Shown: positions 38,486 through 48,305, numbered from the stretch's first letter. The stretch is 64,000 nt of DNA from IMGVR_UViG_3300021197_001489:124001-188000, one strand, 5' to 3'. Translations and numbers: made by a program. Notes: generated by a model not told the origin, from the sequence alone.

Positions 38486-41400
38486 ATGGGATTGACCAGA
38501 CCTAGAGCTCATCAGCTTCAAGACATTGACTTCAAACAAACAGCTAGAGCTATTACATCAAGCAATATTACGTTAAGTGGCGGAGCACCAGCAACTGTCG
38601 ACGGTGTAAGTCTTCTTGCTGACGATAGAGTACTGGTTAACGGACAATCCGACGCATCTGAAAACGGAATTTACTTTGTAGCCACGCTGGGAAGCGGATC
38701 CAACGGAACATTTACACGAACAGGTGACGCAAATGCCACAGGTGAAATAAATTCAGGAATGATCATTATGGTCACTGAAGGCACTTCTTTTGCTGATACA
38801 CAGTGGATGCTTACCACTGATGGCACAATCACAGTTGGATCAACAGCCATTTATTTTGCACAGGTTAGTTCAAACTCATTTGGTATTGTAGCTGTTTCTG
38901 GCCAGGATAATATTGTTGCTGACACTGTTGGTGATACACTTACAATGGTTGGTGGGACTAACTTGGCATTGACAACTGTTGCTGGCACTGATACACTTAC
39001 GTTAACGCCAAGTTTGACTCCTGCATTAACCACTGCAACATTTACAAATACAACCACTGATGATAGTATCTTGGTCACCACTACAGAAGCTTCAAGCAGT
39101 GCTGCACCAGTAATTACACTGAAGAGAAATAGTGCAAGTGTAGCCGACGCTGATTACTTAGGACAATTAAAGTTCAAAGGGGAGAATGATGCTGATCAAG
39201 AAGTAGTTTATGCTAAAATTACTGCAAAAATACAAGACGCAAGTGATGGCTCAGAAGATGGTTTAATAGAATTTGCAAATCGCAAAGCAGGATCAAACAC
39301 TATCACTGCTAGACTAAGATCAGATAGTTTACAATTATTAAATGGCACATCCCTTGTTGTTGCTGGACTTACCTACCCCACATCAGATGGATCAAACGGT
39401 CAAGTGATTGTTACTGACGGGTCAGGAACACTTAGTTTTGCAGCGGCATCAGGCGGTGGTGCAACTGTAACCAGTGATACAAGCACTAACGCAGAAAGAT
39501 TGATCTACGTTGGCTCAACTACATCGGGTACTCTAAGTGCAGTAACACAAGACAGTGGATTAACATACAATCCTAGCAGTGGCTCATTGACATCAGCTGC
39601 ATTTATTGGTAATTTAACTGGTGGTGCGGTAACAGCGACTTCTTTAAGTGTTAACAGCGCCTATTCATTACCAACTGCAGATGGTAATGCTAATCAACTT
39701 CTTAAAACAGATGGCTCTGGGACATTAAGTTTCTCTGATCTAACAGCAGCAGATGCATCTATAACTGTAAATAATTTTACAGGAAACAACAGTACAACGG
39801 CATTTACAATTACAACGGCACCTAGTAATGCAAATTCTTTATTAGTTACTATTAACGGAATAACTCAAAGACCAACAACTGATTATACAGTAAGCGGAAC
39901 AACACTAACTTTTGGAACAGCACCATTTACTGGAGCAAATATATCCTCCAGATTAATTGGTGGTAGCGTAGGCGGTACCTTTGATCCTGGTTCTGTAGGT
40001 GAAAGCATCATCCCAGATACAGATGTCACCTATGACTTAGGCACTGCCAGTAAAAGATTTAGAGACATTTTTCTAAGCGGCAGTACTATTAACTTAGGCG
40101 GTGCTATCATCAGTGTTGATGGCACAAGTGGTGCCGTTGCAGTTGTACCAAAATCAACTTCAGGAACGCCCAACCCAGTGGGTGTTGTGTTTACCAAAAC
40201 TGGTGAAATGAAAACAGTTACAAGTGATGGTGGTGCAGTTACTTCAGCAGAAATCGCAACCGCGGCAGCTTCAAATGATGTAACACCAGCAACTACAGTA
40301 GTAACTAATCCAACAGATTTACCTAGCAGCCCTGTTGCTGGAACTATGGGGTATGTAACAAGCAACAATAAGCTATATCTTCATAACGGCACTGCATGGT
40401 ATGTGTTTGCTGGTGTAAATGAAGCACCAACTATATCAGGTTTAAATGCTGCTTATAGTTTAGCAACTGATGGAACAGCAACAGTAATTACAATGAGTTC
40501 TTCTGACCCTGAAGGGCTGCCTGTAACTTTTAGTTCTTCAGCAACCGGGCTGGGTAGTATTGCTACAATCAGCCAAACTGATAACGTTTTTACTATAACG
40601 CCTTCTACAGATTCTTCTAACGCTGGCAGTTTTACTTTGGTGATTACAGGAACAGATGGGGTAAACAGTGTGACCACCGCAACTGCAACACTTACTTTAC
40701 CTGGCGGAGTAACAGCTACAGGGGGAGATAGTATTGTAACTAGTGGTGGATTTAAAATTCATACGTTTACAAGCTCTGGTACGTTTGCAGTTACAGGCAC
40801 TGGAACCGTAGAATACCTAGTTATTGCCGGTGGTGGCGGTGGCGGTAAAGGCGCTTACGGCAATGGCGGAGGAGGCGGCGCGGGTGGCTATAGATCGTCT
40901 GTTTCTGGGGAATCATCTGGTGGAGGTGCTAGTGCTGAAACGGCTTTGAGTGTTTCAACTGGAAACTACACAGTAACAATTGGTGCTGGCGGTGCTGGCG
41001 CAACAAGTGGAGCTGGTTCTAACGGTAGCGATTCAGTATTTGGTTCAATTACTTCAGTTGGCGGCGGTGGTGGTGGAACCTCTACTGGTAGTGGCGGTAT
41101 TCAAGGTGCAGCCACAGCAGGTGGCTCAGGCGGTGGTGGCGGTGGAAGCAACGCAACCGGCGGTGCTGGAACGGCTAATCAAGGCTTTGCAGGTGGTACA
41201 GCAGGTCCTTATTCACCACCTAATTATCCGGGAGGCGGTGGAGGCGGAGCAAGCGCCACTCCTAGTACACCAGCTAATTCTTCAGCCGCTGGTGCTAGTG
41301 GCGGAGCGGGTGTCGCTTCATCAATCACAGGCAGTAGTGTTACTCGTGCAGGCGGCGGAGGAGGTGGTGTTGAAACCGGAACAGCGGGTAGCGGTGGAGC

Positions 41401-41539
41401 TGGCGGTGGTGGTGCTGGAAACTCGGGTGCAACGTCTGGTACTGCTGGAACAGCTAATACTGGAGGTGGCGGTGGCGCAGGATATACCGCTGCTGGTGCA
41501 GGTGGATCTGGCATAGTAATTGTTCGATATGCAGTGTAA
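38486..41539 (+). CDS. Fibre-like virion protein with glycine-rich C-terminal domain
   Basis: Shared fibre modules; C-terminal poly-G motifs ending 'GGSGIVIVRY'; ATAAATA at 38455-38461. Confidence 0.75.
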   Translation: MGLTRPRAHQLQDIDFKQTARAITSSNITLSGGAPATVDGVSLLADDRVLVNGQSDASENGIYFVATLGSGSNGTFTRTGDANATGEINSGMIIMVTEGTSFADTQWMLTTDGTITVGSTAIYFAQVSSNSFGIVAVSGQDNIVADTVGDTLTMVGGTNLALTTVAGTDTLTLTPSLTPALTTATFTNTTTDDSILVTTTEASSSAAPVITLKRNSASVADADYLGQLKFKGENDADQEVVYAKITAKIQDASDGSEDGLIEFANRKAGSNTITARLRSDSLQLLNGTSLVVAGLTYPTSDGSNGQVIVTDGSGTLSFAAASGGGATVTSDTSTNAERLIYVGSTTSGTLSAVTQDSGLTYNPSSGSLTSAAFIGNLTGGAVTATSLSVNSAYSLPTADGNANQLLKTDGSGTLSFSDLTAADASITVNNFTGNNSTTAFTITTAPSNANSLLVTINGITQRPTTDYTVSGTTLTFGTAPFTGANISSRLIGGSVGGTFDPGSVGESIIPDTDVTYDLGTASKRFRDIFLSGSTINLGGAIISVDGTSGAVAVVPKSTSGTPNPVGVVFTKTGEMKTVTSDGGAVTSAEIATAAASNDVTPATTVVTNPTDLPSSPVAGTMGYVTSNNKLYLHNGTAWYVFAGVNEAPTISGLNAAYSLATDGTATVITMSSSDPEGLPVTFSSSATGLGSIATISQTDNVFTITPSTDSSNAGSFTLVITGTDGVNSVTTATATLTLPGGVTATGGDSIVTSGGFKIHTFTSSGTFAVTGTGTVEYLVIAGGGGGGKGAYGNGGGGGAGGYRSSVSGESSGGGASAETALSVSTGNYTVTIGAGGAGATSGAGSNGSDSVFGSITSVGGGGGGTSTGSGGIQGAATAGGSGGGGGGSNATGGAGTANQGFAGGTAGPYSPPNYPGGGGGGASATPSTPANSSAAGASGGAGVASSITGSSVTRAGGGGGGVETGTAGSGGAGGGGAGNSGATSGTAGTANTGGGGGAGYTAAGAGGSGIVIVRYAV

Positions 41540-41563
41540 AAAAATGAAAGCAGGAATTAGCTA

Positions 41564-43837
41564 ATGTCTCAAAAAATTAAAGTTGATCAAATAGCAGATG
41601 TCACAGCTACTTCAACAGAGTTGAATTATACTGATGGCGTAACTAGTGCTATTCAAACACAACTAGACGCAAAGCTGCCAACAACTGGTGGTGCAATGAC
41701 TGGTGCAATCACAACCAACAGTACCTTTGACGGTCGTGATGTTGCAACTGATGGCACTAAGCTCGATACTATAGAAAGTTCGGCAGATGTTACTGATGCC
41801 ACAAACGTCACCGCCGCTGGTGCATTGATGGACAGTGAGGTTACCAATCTAGCACAAGTCAAAGCATTTGATAGCAGTGACTATGCTACCGCCGCTCAGG
41901 GCACCACAGCAGATGCTGCATTGGCACGAACCGGTGGCGCAATGACAGGTGCAATCACAACCAATAGTACATTTGATGGTCGTGATGTTGCAACAGATGG
42001 AACAAAATTAGATACTATAGAAACATCTGCAGATGTTACTGATGCAACTAATGTAACTGCCGCTGGCGCGGCTATGAAGGCTAACAACTTATCTGATTTA
42101 CCAAACGCTTCAACTGCAAGAACAAATCTTGGAGTGGCTATTGGTTCAAATGTGCAAGCGTATGATGCTGATTTGACCGCTATAGGTGGATTAGCAAAAA
42201 CAGACAGTAATATCATTGTAGGTAATGGCTCAACCTGGGTTGCCGAAAACGGAGCAACTGCTCGAACGTCTTTGGGTTTAACCATTGGCACAAACGTACA
42301 AGCATATTCTAGCGTTCTTCAAAACACTACTGCGTCTTTCCTTACTGCGGATGAGACCAAGTTAGATTACATTACTGTTACGCAGGCAGTGAGCCTCGAC
42401 CAAATGGAAATAGATATTGCTGCTCTTGAAAATGGCATGGTCTACAAAGGTGATTGGGACGCTAGTGCAGGGAGTTTTCCAGGCAGCGGGTCTGCCCAAG
42501 TAGGGTGGTTTTACTACGTTTCAGTGGCGGGTACCGTTGACAGTGTGGCATTTGCTGTAGGTGATAACATAGTCGCTTTAACAGACAATGCTTCTACATC
42601 TACATATGCAGGAAACTGGTCAAAGCATGACCAAACGGACGCTGTACAAGCCGTTGTTGGACTAACAGGTTCGATAGCCAAAAGCTCATTGTTAAGTGCA
42701 TTAAACGTAGAAGACGGTGCAGACGTAACTGATACAACTAACGTAACGTCGGCAGGTGCGCTAATGGACAGCGAGGTTACTAATCTTGCACAAGTCAAGG
42801 CATTTGATTCATCCGACTATGCAACAGCGGCTCAAGGCACAACAGCAGATGCTGCATTGCCACGCACTGGTGGTGCAATGACTGGTGCTATTACAACTAA
42901 CTCAACTTTTGATGGACGTGATGTTGCAACTGATGGCACTAAGTTAGACACCATAGAAACCAACGCCGATGTGACAGACACAGCCAATGTAACATCTGCT
43001 GGTGCATTGATGGATTCAGAAGTTACCAATTTAGCACAAGTAAAAGCATTTGATAGCAGTGATTATGCAACAGCGGCTCAAGGCACAACAGCAGACGCAG
43101 CATTACCTACAACAGGCGGAGCAATGACTGGTGCTATTACTACGAATAGTACATTTGATGGGCGTGATGTTGCAACAGATGGCGCTAAGTTAGATGGCAT
43201 AGCCGCAGGCGCCACTAACGTAACTAATAACAATCAAATTACAAACGGTGCAGGTTATACTACTAACGCAGGTGATATTACCAATGTTAGTGTAAGCGGT
43301 ACAGGATTATCAGGCGGTGGTGCAAGTGGTAGTGTAACAATTACCAGTAATGCCACAAGTGCTAACACAGCTAGTACCATTGTTGCTAGAGATGGCAGTG
43401 GCAACTTCACTGCTGGTGTTATTACTGGTACAGCAACCGAAGCACGTTACGCTGACTTGGCTGAAAAATACACTTCAGATGCAGACTATGAACCAGGCAC
43501 TGTGGTCGAGCTAGGCGGCGAAGCAGAAGTAACTCAATCAACTGGTCTAACCAGTCGTCGAATTGCTGGTATAGTTTCTACAAATCCAGCACACTTAATG
43601 AATAATGAACTCGAAGCAGACCATGTAGTTGATGTTGCCCTAATAGGGCGTGTACCTTGCAAGGTTATTGGCGTTTTTAACAAAGGTGATATACTTATAA
43701 GCAGTAATACACACGGACATGCTTGCGCCTGGACTAATGCTACAAATCCACCAGCAGGTAGTGCAATTGGAAAAGCGATTGAATCAAAAACCGATCTTGG
43801 TGCAGGCATTATTGAAGTACTAGTAGGTCGAATGTAA
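41564..43837 (+). CDS. Tail fibre-like protein with 82-aa repeats and C-terminal chaperone-like domain
   Basis: 'TGGAMTGAITTNSTFDGRDVATDG' four times; 'ARYADLAEKY...GIVSTNPAHLMN...ALIGRVPCKV'. Confidence 0.75.
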   Translation: MSQKIKVDQIADVTATSTELNYTDGVTSAIQTQLDAKLPTTGGAMTGAITTNSTFDGRDVATDGTKLDTIESSADVTDATNVTAAGALMDSEVTNLAQVKAFDSSDYATAAQGTTADAALARTGGAMTGAITTNSTFDGRDVATDGTKLDTIETSADVTDATNVTAAGAAMKANNLSDLPNASTARTNLGVAIGSNVQAYDADLTAIGGLAKTDSNIIVGNGSTWVAENGATARTSLGLTIGTNVQAYSSVLQNTTASFLTADETKLDYITVTQAVSLDQMEIDIAALENGMVYKGDWDASAGSFPGSGSAQVGWFYYVSVAGTVDSVAFAVGDNIVALTDNASTSTYAGNWSKHDQTDAVQAVVGLTGSIAKSSLLSALNVEDGADVTDTTNVTSAGALMDSEVTNLAQVKAFDSSDYATAAQGTTADAALPRTGGAMTGAITTNSTFDGRDVATDGTKLDTIETNADVTDTANVTSAGALMDSEVTNLAQVKAFDSSDYATAAQGTTADAALPTTGGAMTGAITTNSTFDGRDVATDGAKLDGIAAGATNVTNNNQITNGAGYTTNAGDITNVSVSGTGLSGGGASGSVTITSNATSANTASTIVARDGSGNFTAGVITGTATEARYADLAEKYTSDADYEPGTVVELGGEAEVTQSTGLTSRRIAGIVSTNPAHLMNNELEADHVVDVALIGRVPCKVIGVFNKGDILISSNTHGHACAWTNATNPPAGSAIGKAIESKTDLGAGIIEVLVGRM
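41684..43200 (+). repeat. 246-bp (82-codon) direct repeats in two tandem pairs
   Basis: Unit starts at 41684 and 41930, and at 42866 and 43112. Confidence 0.9.
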
Positions 43838-44526
43838 TGTCAGAAAGATACAGAACACACTACGACGGCGAATTTGTAATTGTCAGCAACAAAATCCAAG
43901 GTGGTAAAAAATATCAAGAGCGTGAATGGATTGATAACCCTATTCAAAATCAACATATCTCAGGTCGGGCTGCGGTAATTGGACACGGAGACAGTCGTTA
44001 TACTACAAAGTTACATGGAAAATTCAATCTCTGCAACAATATTGAAAAACACAAAGGCGGGCACCTAGCCCGGAAACGTCTGCAAAGTTATGGTGCTGAA
44101 AAAGTGTGGGAAGAAATGATATGTGACTTCTATGTTGAGTTTGACGTACCTACACTGGAAAAATTAATAGAAACCAAATACAACGAGAAAACCAGCGTGT
44201 ATAGCAATGCACGAAATTGTATAAATTCACCTGGTGAATTCTATCTTGTTCCATACGGGGAACGAGGACGCAGTGTTGCTGTAGCTGCCTGGCTGGCATG
44301 TTTTGATGGGCATGACGAAGTGTATTTAATTGGAGTTGATGGAACAAATGCAGCTGGCGAGGTTGATGAAACTACGGTGCACCAGTTCAACCGTGTGATT
44401 ACGAGCTATCCGGGTGTAAAGTTTGTATACGTGAGCGATAGTATTTCGCCTCCCAGTGTGTGGAAAGAAAATGTAAATTTTTCTCAATGCACTTATGGCA
44501 ATTTTGTATCAAAATGTGATATATGA
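43837..44526 (+). CDS. Hypothetical, DUF115/MptE-like Rossmann protein, copy 2
   Basis: 'AAVIGHGDSR...AAWLACFDGHDEVYLIGVDG'; distant resemblance to 22672-23259. Confidence 0.5.
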   Translation: MSERYRTHYDGEFVIVSNKIQGGKKYQEREWIDNPIQNQHISGRAAVIGHGDSRYTTKLHGKFNLCNNIEKHKGGHLARKRLQSYGAEKVWEEMICDFYVEFDVPTLEKLIETKYNEKTSVYSNARNCINSPGEFYLVPYGERGRSVAVAAWLACFDGHDEVYLIGVDGTNAAGEVDETTVHQFNRVITSYPGVKFVYVSDSISPPSVWKENVNFSQCTYGNFVSKCDI

Positions 44527-44951
44527 AATTGCTTAACTGTATCAATTTTGCCTAACACTTCTTCAAAATTAATAGTAGTCCACAAACCTGGGTGCAACGG
44601 TTTTGGCCATATGCCCGATTCAACCCATGCATAACCATGATGTTCGTTGTTAAGCACAGGCGTAAACTCCGTACTTACTAAACAAAAAAATGTATTGTAA
44701 CTGAAATGGTTGTCAGCACTGGTAAACTTTTCAATCGGCACAAGTTGAATAACTTCGGGCCACATGCCAATTTCTTCTTGGCATTCTCGTTGTATTGCTT
44801 CTTGTAGGTTTTCGCCATGATCAACTTTGCCACCTGGTAATCCCCAGCATCCGGGATTTTTTGGATCATTGCGTAGTAGGTATAGATATCTATTGGTGTT
44901 TACACTGTAAAACCAAACGCCAACAGCGTCAATCAAAGTACCAAACTCCAT
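44493..44951 (-). CDS. NUDIX hydrolase
   Basis: NUDIX box 'GGKVDHGENLQEAIQRECQEEIG'. Confidence 0.9.
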   Translation of the reverse strand: MEFGTLIDAVGVWFYSVNTNRYLYLLRNDPKNPGCWGLPGGKVDHGENLQEAIQRECQEEIGMWPEVIQLVPIEKFTSADNHFSYNTFFCLVSTEFTPVLNNEHHGYAWVESGIWPKPLHPGLWTTINFEEVLGKIDTVKQFHISHFDTKLP

Positions 44952-46333
44952 TCACCTTCTGGATACAAGCCCTCGTAGCTTTTTAGCCACTCTCCGTCTG
45001 CCCAGCGATATTGTACAGTGGTTGTTAGATTGGTTAGGTACTGCACACTGCTAATATTTGAACTATCAAATACAATATTCCAGCGTGTGCCGTCGTACTC
45101 AACAATGTCATTGGCATTGGCTACAAGCGGCGATCCGTCTGTGCCTCTCCATGCTTCTGCATTGCCTGTTGCACTGCCTGTTGAATTGTTAATAAGCAAG
45201 TAGCGTTGTCCTGCAGAAGCAGCAGGCAATCCGGCTGTAGTACCTGGTCCTTTGCGTTGAGGGTCTACAATTGCAGTAATAGCCTCTAATGTGTTCTGTG
45301 GAATAGTATCTGTGTCTACTGTAAATAATAAAAATCTATCGTCCGTTGGATGATACGCTACAGTGCCAACAATTATCGTGTCATCATACGGATTGTCAAG
45401 ACGTACTTGGCTAATGCCATTTCTCATGCTACCATATAAGTCGACAACAGTATGCCACATCAAGTTACTAGGCGGAGCAGTTGGCACTTTAACACCTTCG
45501 TCGTTGAGTACAACAGCATTTGGTTCAAGCACTTGTAACTGATTGCCCACCAATAGTGTTTGATAGTTATACGGAGTAAACTTTTGTCTTGTTCCCATTA
45601 GAAGATCATTATCGTAAATTGCGTCAGTGTAGTCACCGCTGGCATCAAACACACTGGCAATAATTTTTTGCACAACTCCAAGTTTTTTAACTTTGGCGGG
45701 CGGTGATATGAAAATAGGCATTACAAAACGCAGTGTGGCAATGTCAATTGGATCATCTGTTCCCATTGGTATTGATCTTGAACTCCATGTAACTTGCTCA
45801 AGATACATTACACTGAGACTGGTCCAGTCAATAAAGTTGTCGGTGCTTTGTATTTCTAACCCTGGGTTAAACAGTGTTAGTATTTGTTCCAGAGCTTGTA
45901 GTTTTTGGTTTGTGTTACTGGTCCAAAGGTCAACGTTTATTTCAAGATCATAAGGAACCGGCATCAACTTTTCAATTGTGAATGCAGTGCCTTGTGTGGT
46001 TTCGTAACTTTCGCTATCAGTATCCCAATAACGTTGTCTTACATTTTGTTGTTCAACAAAGTAAGGTTCTTGTATCCTATCTCGCGCATAGTTTAAGTTT
46101 GTAACGTGAAATGTAATTAGTGGAGTACTCGGCAATGCATTTGCACTGTTTTGCTGCATAATGGTAGCAGCCTGACGAGTTGCATCTCCATAGCGTACAG
46201 GAATTCTATACAGTGTCTTGGCATTGGTGTCAGCATCGCGACCATACTCAACCTGAAAGTTTGAAAAAACTCTGGTAACTTGCAGCAAGAATCTGCGTAT
46301 TTGTTCGTCATAAAAGAACTGTTGTAGTGCCAT
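44933..46333 (-). CDS. gp15: Tail sheath stabiliser/terminator (T4 gp15-like) with C-terminal extension
   Basis: 'FFYDEQIRRFLLQ..R.FSNF', 'MPVPYDL', 'KLQALEQILTLFNP'. Confidence 0.8.
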   Translation of the reverse strand: MALQQFFYDEQIRRFLLQVTRVFSNFQVEYGRDADTNAKTLYRIPVRYGDATRQAATIMQQNSANALPSTPLITFHVTNLNYARDRIQEPYFVEQQNVRQRYWDTDSESYETTQGTAFTIEKLMPVPYDLEINVDLWTSNTNQKLQALEQILTLFNPGLEIQSTDNFIDWTSLSVMYLEQVTWSSRSIPMGTDDPIDIATLRFVMPIFISPPAKVKKLGVVQKIIASVFDASGDYTDAIYDNDLLMGTRQKFTPYNYQTLLVGNQLQVLEPNAVVLNDEGVKVPTAPPSNLMWHTVVDLYGSMRNGISQVRLDNPYDDTIIVGTVAYHPTDDRFLLFTVDTDTIPQNTLEAITAIVDPQRKGPGTTAGLPAASAGQRYLLINNSTGSATGNAEAWRGTDGSPLVANANDIVEYDGTRWNIVFDSSNISSVQYLTNLTTTVQYRWADGEWLKSYEGLYPEGEWSLVL

Positions 46334-47658
46334 TAATTGTCAGCCTCAGGTTTGAGCAGTTTACTAAGTGCTTGACGCTGTGGAATATTGCCTCGATCTT
46401 CAGTTGGTGTCTCGTTTGTATTGTTAACGAAGCCGCTACGCAGTGTTTCGTTCTGCGACCCTGGCGTCAAGTTTGTTCTTACATCGTCTTCGTACTTAAC
46501 CCAACGTGCGCCATTGAAGCGGAAAAGTCTATTAGGAAAGTAATCCAGTCTCAATGCAAAGTCTCCTTCTTGTGCACCTGGCGGAAAGCTAATGCCCGGG
46601 GTAACTGGCAAACCATTTGGCGCTATACCATCGCCAGTTAGGTAGCCAAGCGTGTATCCGTTGGCTCTTGGTGCTTGTGGTTGACCATCAACATCAACGT
46701 TTGTTGTGTCAACTGTAATTCCTGTATTGTCCACTGTATAACTATCTGGATCTGCAGGTGTGCCATCTTCGTTTGTAGGGACAATATAAAATTTAACAGT
46801 GTCGTAACCACTTAGTGGAACTTCGTATTCGGCCTGTGTGAGAATGGCATCGTTAATTTCTGTATCTTTAACGACTGTACCAAAAGTGTGTAACTCATCT
46901 TTGGGAGTAAACTCTTGCCACTTAGTTGTATCAGTAATCTCTACGCCAGGGTTCACATCATCTATTGCTTTATAGTATGTTTCTCCGCTGAGTACAATAC
47001 TACCTTGAGGATAATAGTTTCCATTGTCCCAAATATTTTCAACTTCAAAGGGCTTATTGAGTATATCATTGTATTCTTGAGCACCTACCAGTGGGGTTGC
47101 TTTTACACGCCATAAGTGAGGCAACCAAGTTTGACTGAAACCTTCGCTGGCAAATGCAGCATCTTGTATCACGTAATATTTTGGAATTGCACGAGCAATG
47201 CCACTGTCGAGAGGATGAAAATCTTTGAGGTTTGGTAACTCAAGTACGTCTCCGTTCATCAGTTTGCGGCCAAGTGTGTCAATCATAAAGTTATAGTGGA
47301 ATGTAATGAACAGTGTGTCGTTGTTCAAGAACAGTCCGAATTGGCTTAGGTCAAAATCAATGTCCTGCGAGTTATAGACACCGCGCATTTGATAAACATC
47401 GTCATCATATTTACGATCTCTGTTTTCAAGTAGGAATAAATCTTCAATAAACAGTGGTGATTCTGTGCTGTAGGCTGGTTGTGTTGCATCTTGTGTGCCG
47501 CCACTAACACTTGAACTGTCATCGCCGTGCGGCTGCGGTCCAAGATATTTGTGAACAAACATATCAACGCCACCAACCTGATACATTTCCATAACAGTGC
47601 GGTCAATAAATTTGTAATCGTTTTGACGATTTGGGCGATATAAACTCAAGCGTGGCAT
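46333..47658 (-). CDS. gp14: Neck protein (T4 gp14-like)
   Basis: 'DLFLLENRDRKYD...LSQFGLFL...GDVLELP'; ATAAATA on minus strand at 47677-47683. Confidence 0.75.
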   Translation of the reverse strand: MPRLSLYRPNRQNDYKFIDRTVMEMYQVGGVDMFVHKYLGPQPHGDDSSSVSGGTQDATQPAYSTESPLFIEDLFLLENRDRKYDDDVYQMRGVYNSQDIDFDLSQFGLFLNNDTLFITFHYNFMIDTLGRKLMNGDVLELPNLKDFHPLDSGIARAIPKYYVIQDAAFASEGFSQTWLPHLWRVKATPLVGAQEYNDILNKPFEVENIWDNGNYYPQGSIVLSGETYYKAIDDVNPGVEITDTTKWQEFTPKDELHTFGTVVKDTEINDAILTQAEYEVPLSGYDTVKFYIVPTNEDGTPADPDSYTVDNTGITVDTTNVDVDGQPQAPRANGYTLGYLTGDGIAPNGLPVTPGISFPPGAQEGDFALRLDYFPNRLFRFNGARWVKYEDDVRTNLTPGSQNETLRSGFVNNTNETPTEDRGNIPQRQALSKLLKPEADN

Positions 47659-47686
47659 ACAGTATTCCTCTGCATGTATTTATCGC

Positions 47687-47965
47687 TTATGCTGATACCT
47701 TCTTGGGTTCTGTTTTAGTAATGGTATGCATCTTTTTAACAATAGCAGCAACTTCGCTAAGTGCCAAGTAACCCTGAACAGTATCACCTTTTCTGGTAAT
47801 TCCTGGGAGCTCAACTTGCATGTTGTTTTGGAACACAGCAATTTCATACAAGCCGTTCTTGCCACCATAGCTTCCGCTGTGTTGCACAATACTCAACTCG
47901 TACTGGTCAAAGTCTAGCACAAGTTGTACACCATCAAGAAATGGCTCAAAGCTAAGTCCTAACAT
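47687..47965 (-). CDS. Small hypothetical early protein
   Basis: 'SIVQHSGSYGGKNGLYEIAV'; likely ATG at 47965. Confidence 0.6.
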   Translation of the reverse strand: MLGLSFEPFLDGVQLVLDFDQYELSIVQHSGSYGGKNGLYEIAVFQNNMQVELPGITRKGDTVQGYLALSEVAAIVKKMHTITKTEPKKVSA

Positions 47966-47969
47966 AGTT

Positions 47970-48143
47970 TCATGTTCCACGGATACGATCCTCTCCAAGC
48001 ATAAGATTTAATTGACGCAACATTGTGATAGCAGTGCGTGTCCAAAACTGGTGAGCCCAAGTTCCTTCAGTGCATTTCTCAGCAACACCAAAGCAACGTT
48101 CGATGCGTTGCTCGTACAATTTAATTGTTTCACTACTTACCAT
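47970..48143 (-). CDS. Small hypothetical protein (57 aa, below ORF-track cut-off)
   Basis: Hand-translated MVSSETIKLYEQRIERCFG...DRIRGT*; tiles the gap in the operon. Confidence 0.5.
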   Translation of the reverse strand: MVSSETIKLYEQRIERCFGVAEKCTEGTWAHQFWTRTAITMLRQLNLMLGEDRIRGT

Positions 48144-48303
48144 TTAACATATACCTCGTAAATTCAAAGAACAATAATCCAAATCCAAACACGCCAACTG
48201 CCGTGCCAGCAAGTAGGAAACTCTGTGTAGGATCATATCCTAGTACAAACAAGCCAACTGATCCAACAAACAATACCCAACACGCAAAGATAGATACTAA
48301 CAT
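48133..48303 (-). CDS. Small two-helix membrane protein (56 aa, below cut-off)
   Basis: Hand-translated MLVSIFACWVLFVGSVGLFVLGYDPTQSFLLAGTAVGVFGFGLLFFEF...; GGAG RBS. Confidence 0.55.
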   Translation of the reverse strand: MLVSIFACWVLFVGSVGLFVLGYDPTQSFLLAGTAVGVFGFGLLFFEFTRYMLNGK

Positions 48304-48305
48304 TT

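Noticed and set aside
40830-41520. Collagen-like or G-quadruplex signal in the G-rich tract
   Set aside because: It is explained by poly-Gly codons of a glycine-rich domain, with no Gly-X-Y periodicity.
12691-43809. Long antisense ORFs (e.g. 13750-14574, 31840-33213, 33493-34074)
   Set aside because: These are shadows of low-complexity Thr/Ala/Gly coding sequence. They have no RBS or motifs and lie fully opposite convincing genes.
28059-43837. Diversity-generating retroelement (TR/VR pairs) among the fibre repeats
   Set aside because: In the pair I compared (~29597-29770 vs ~36015-36190), differences are mainly synonymous third-position changes, not adenine-specific. No reverse transcriptase is present in the window.
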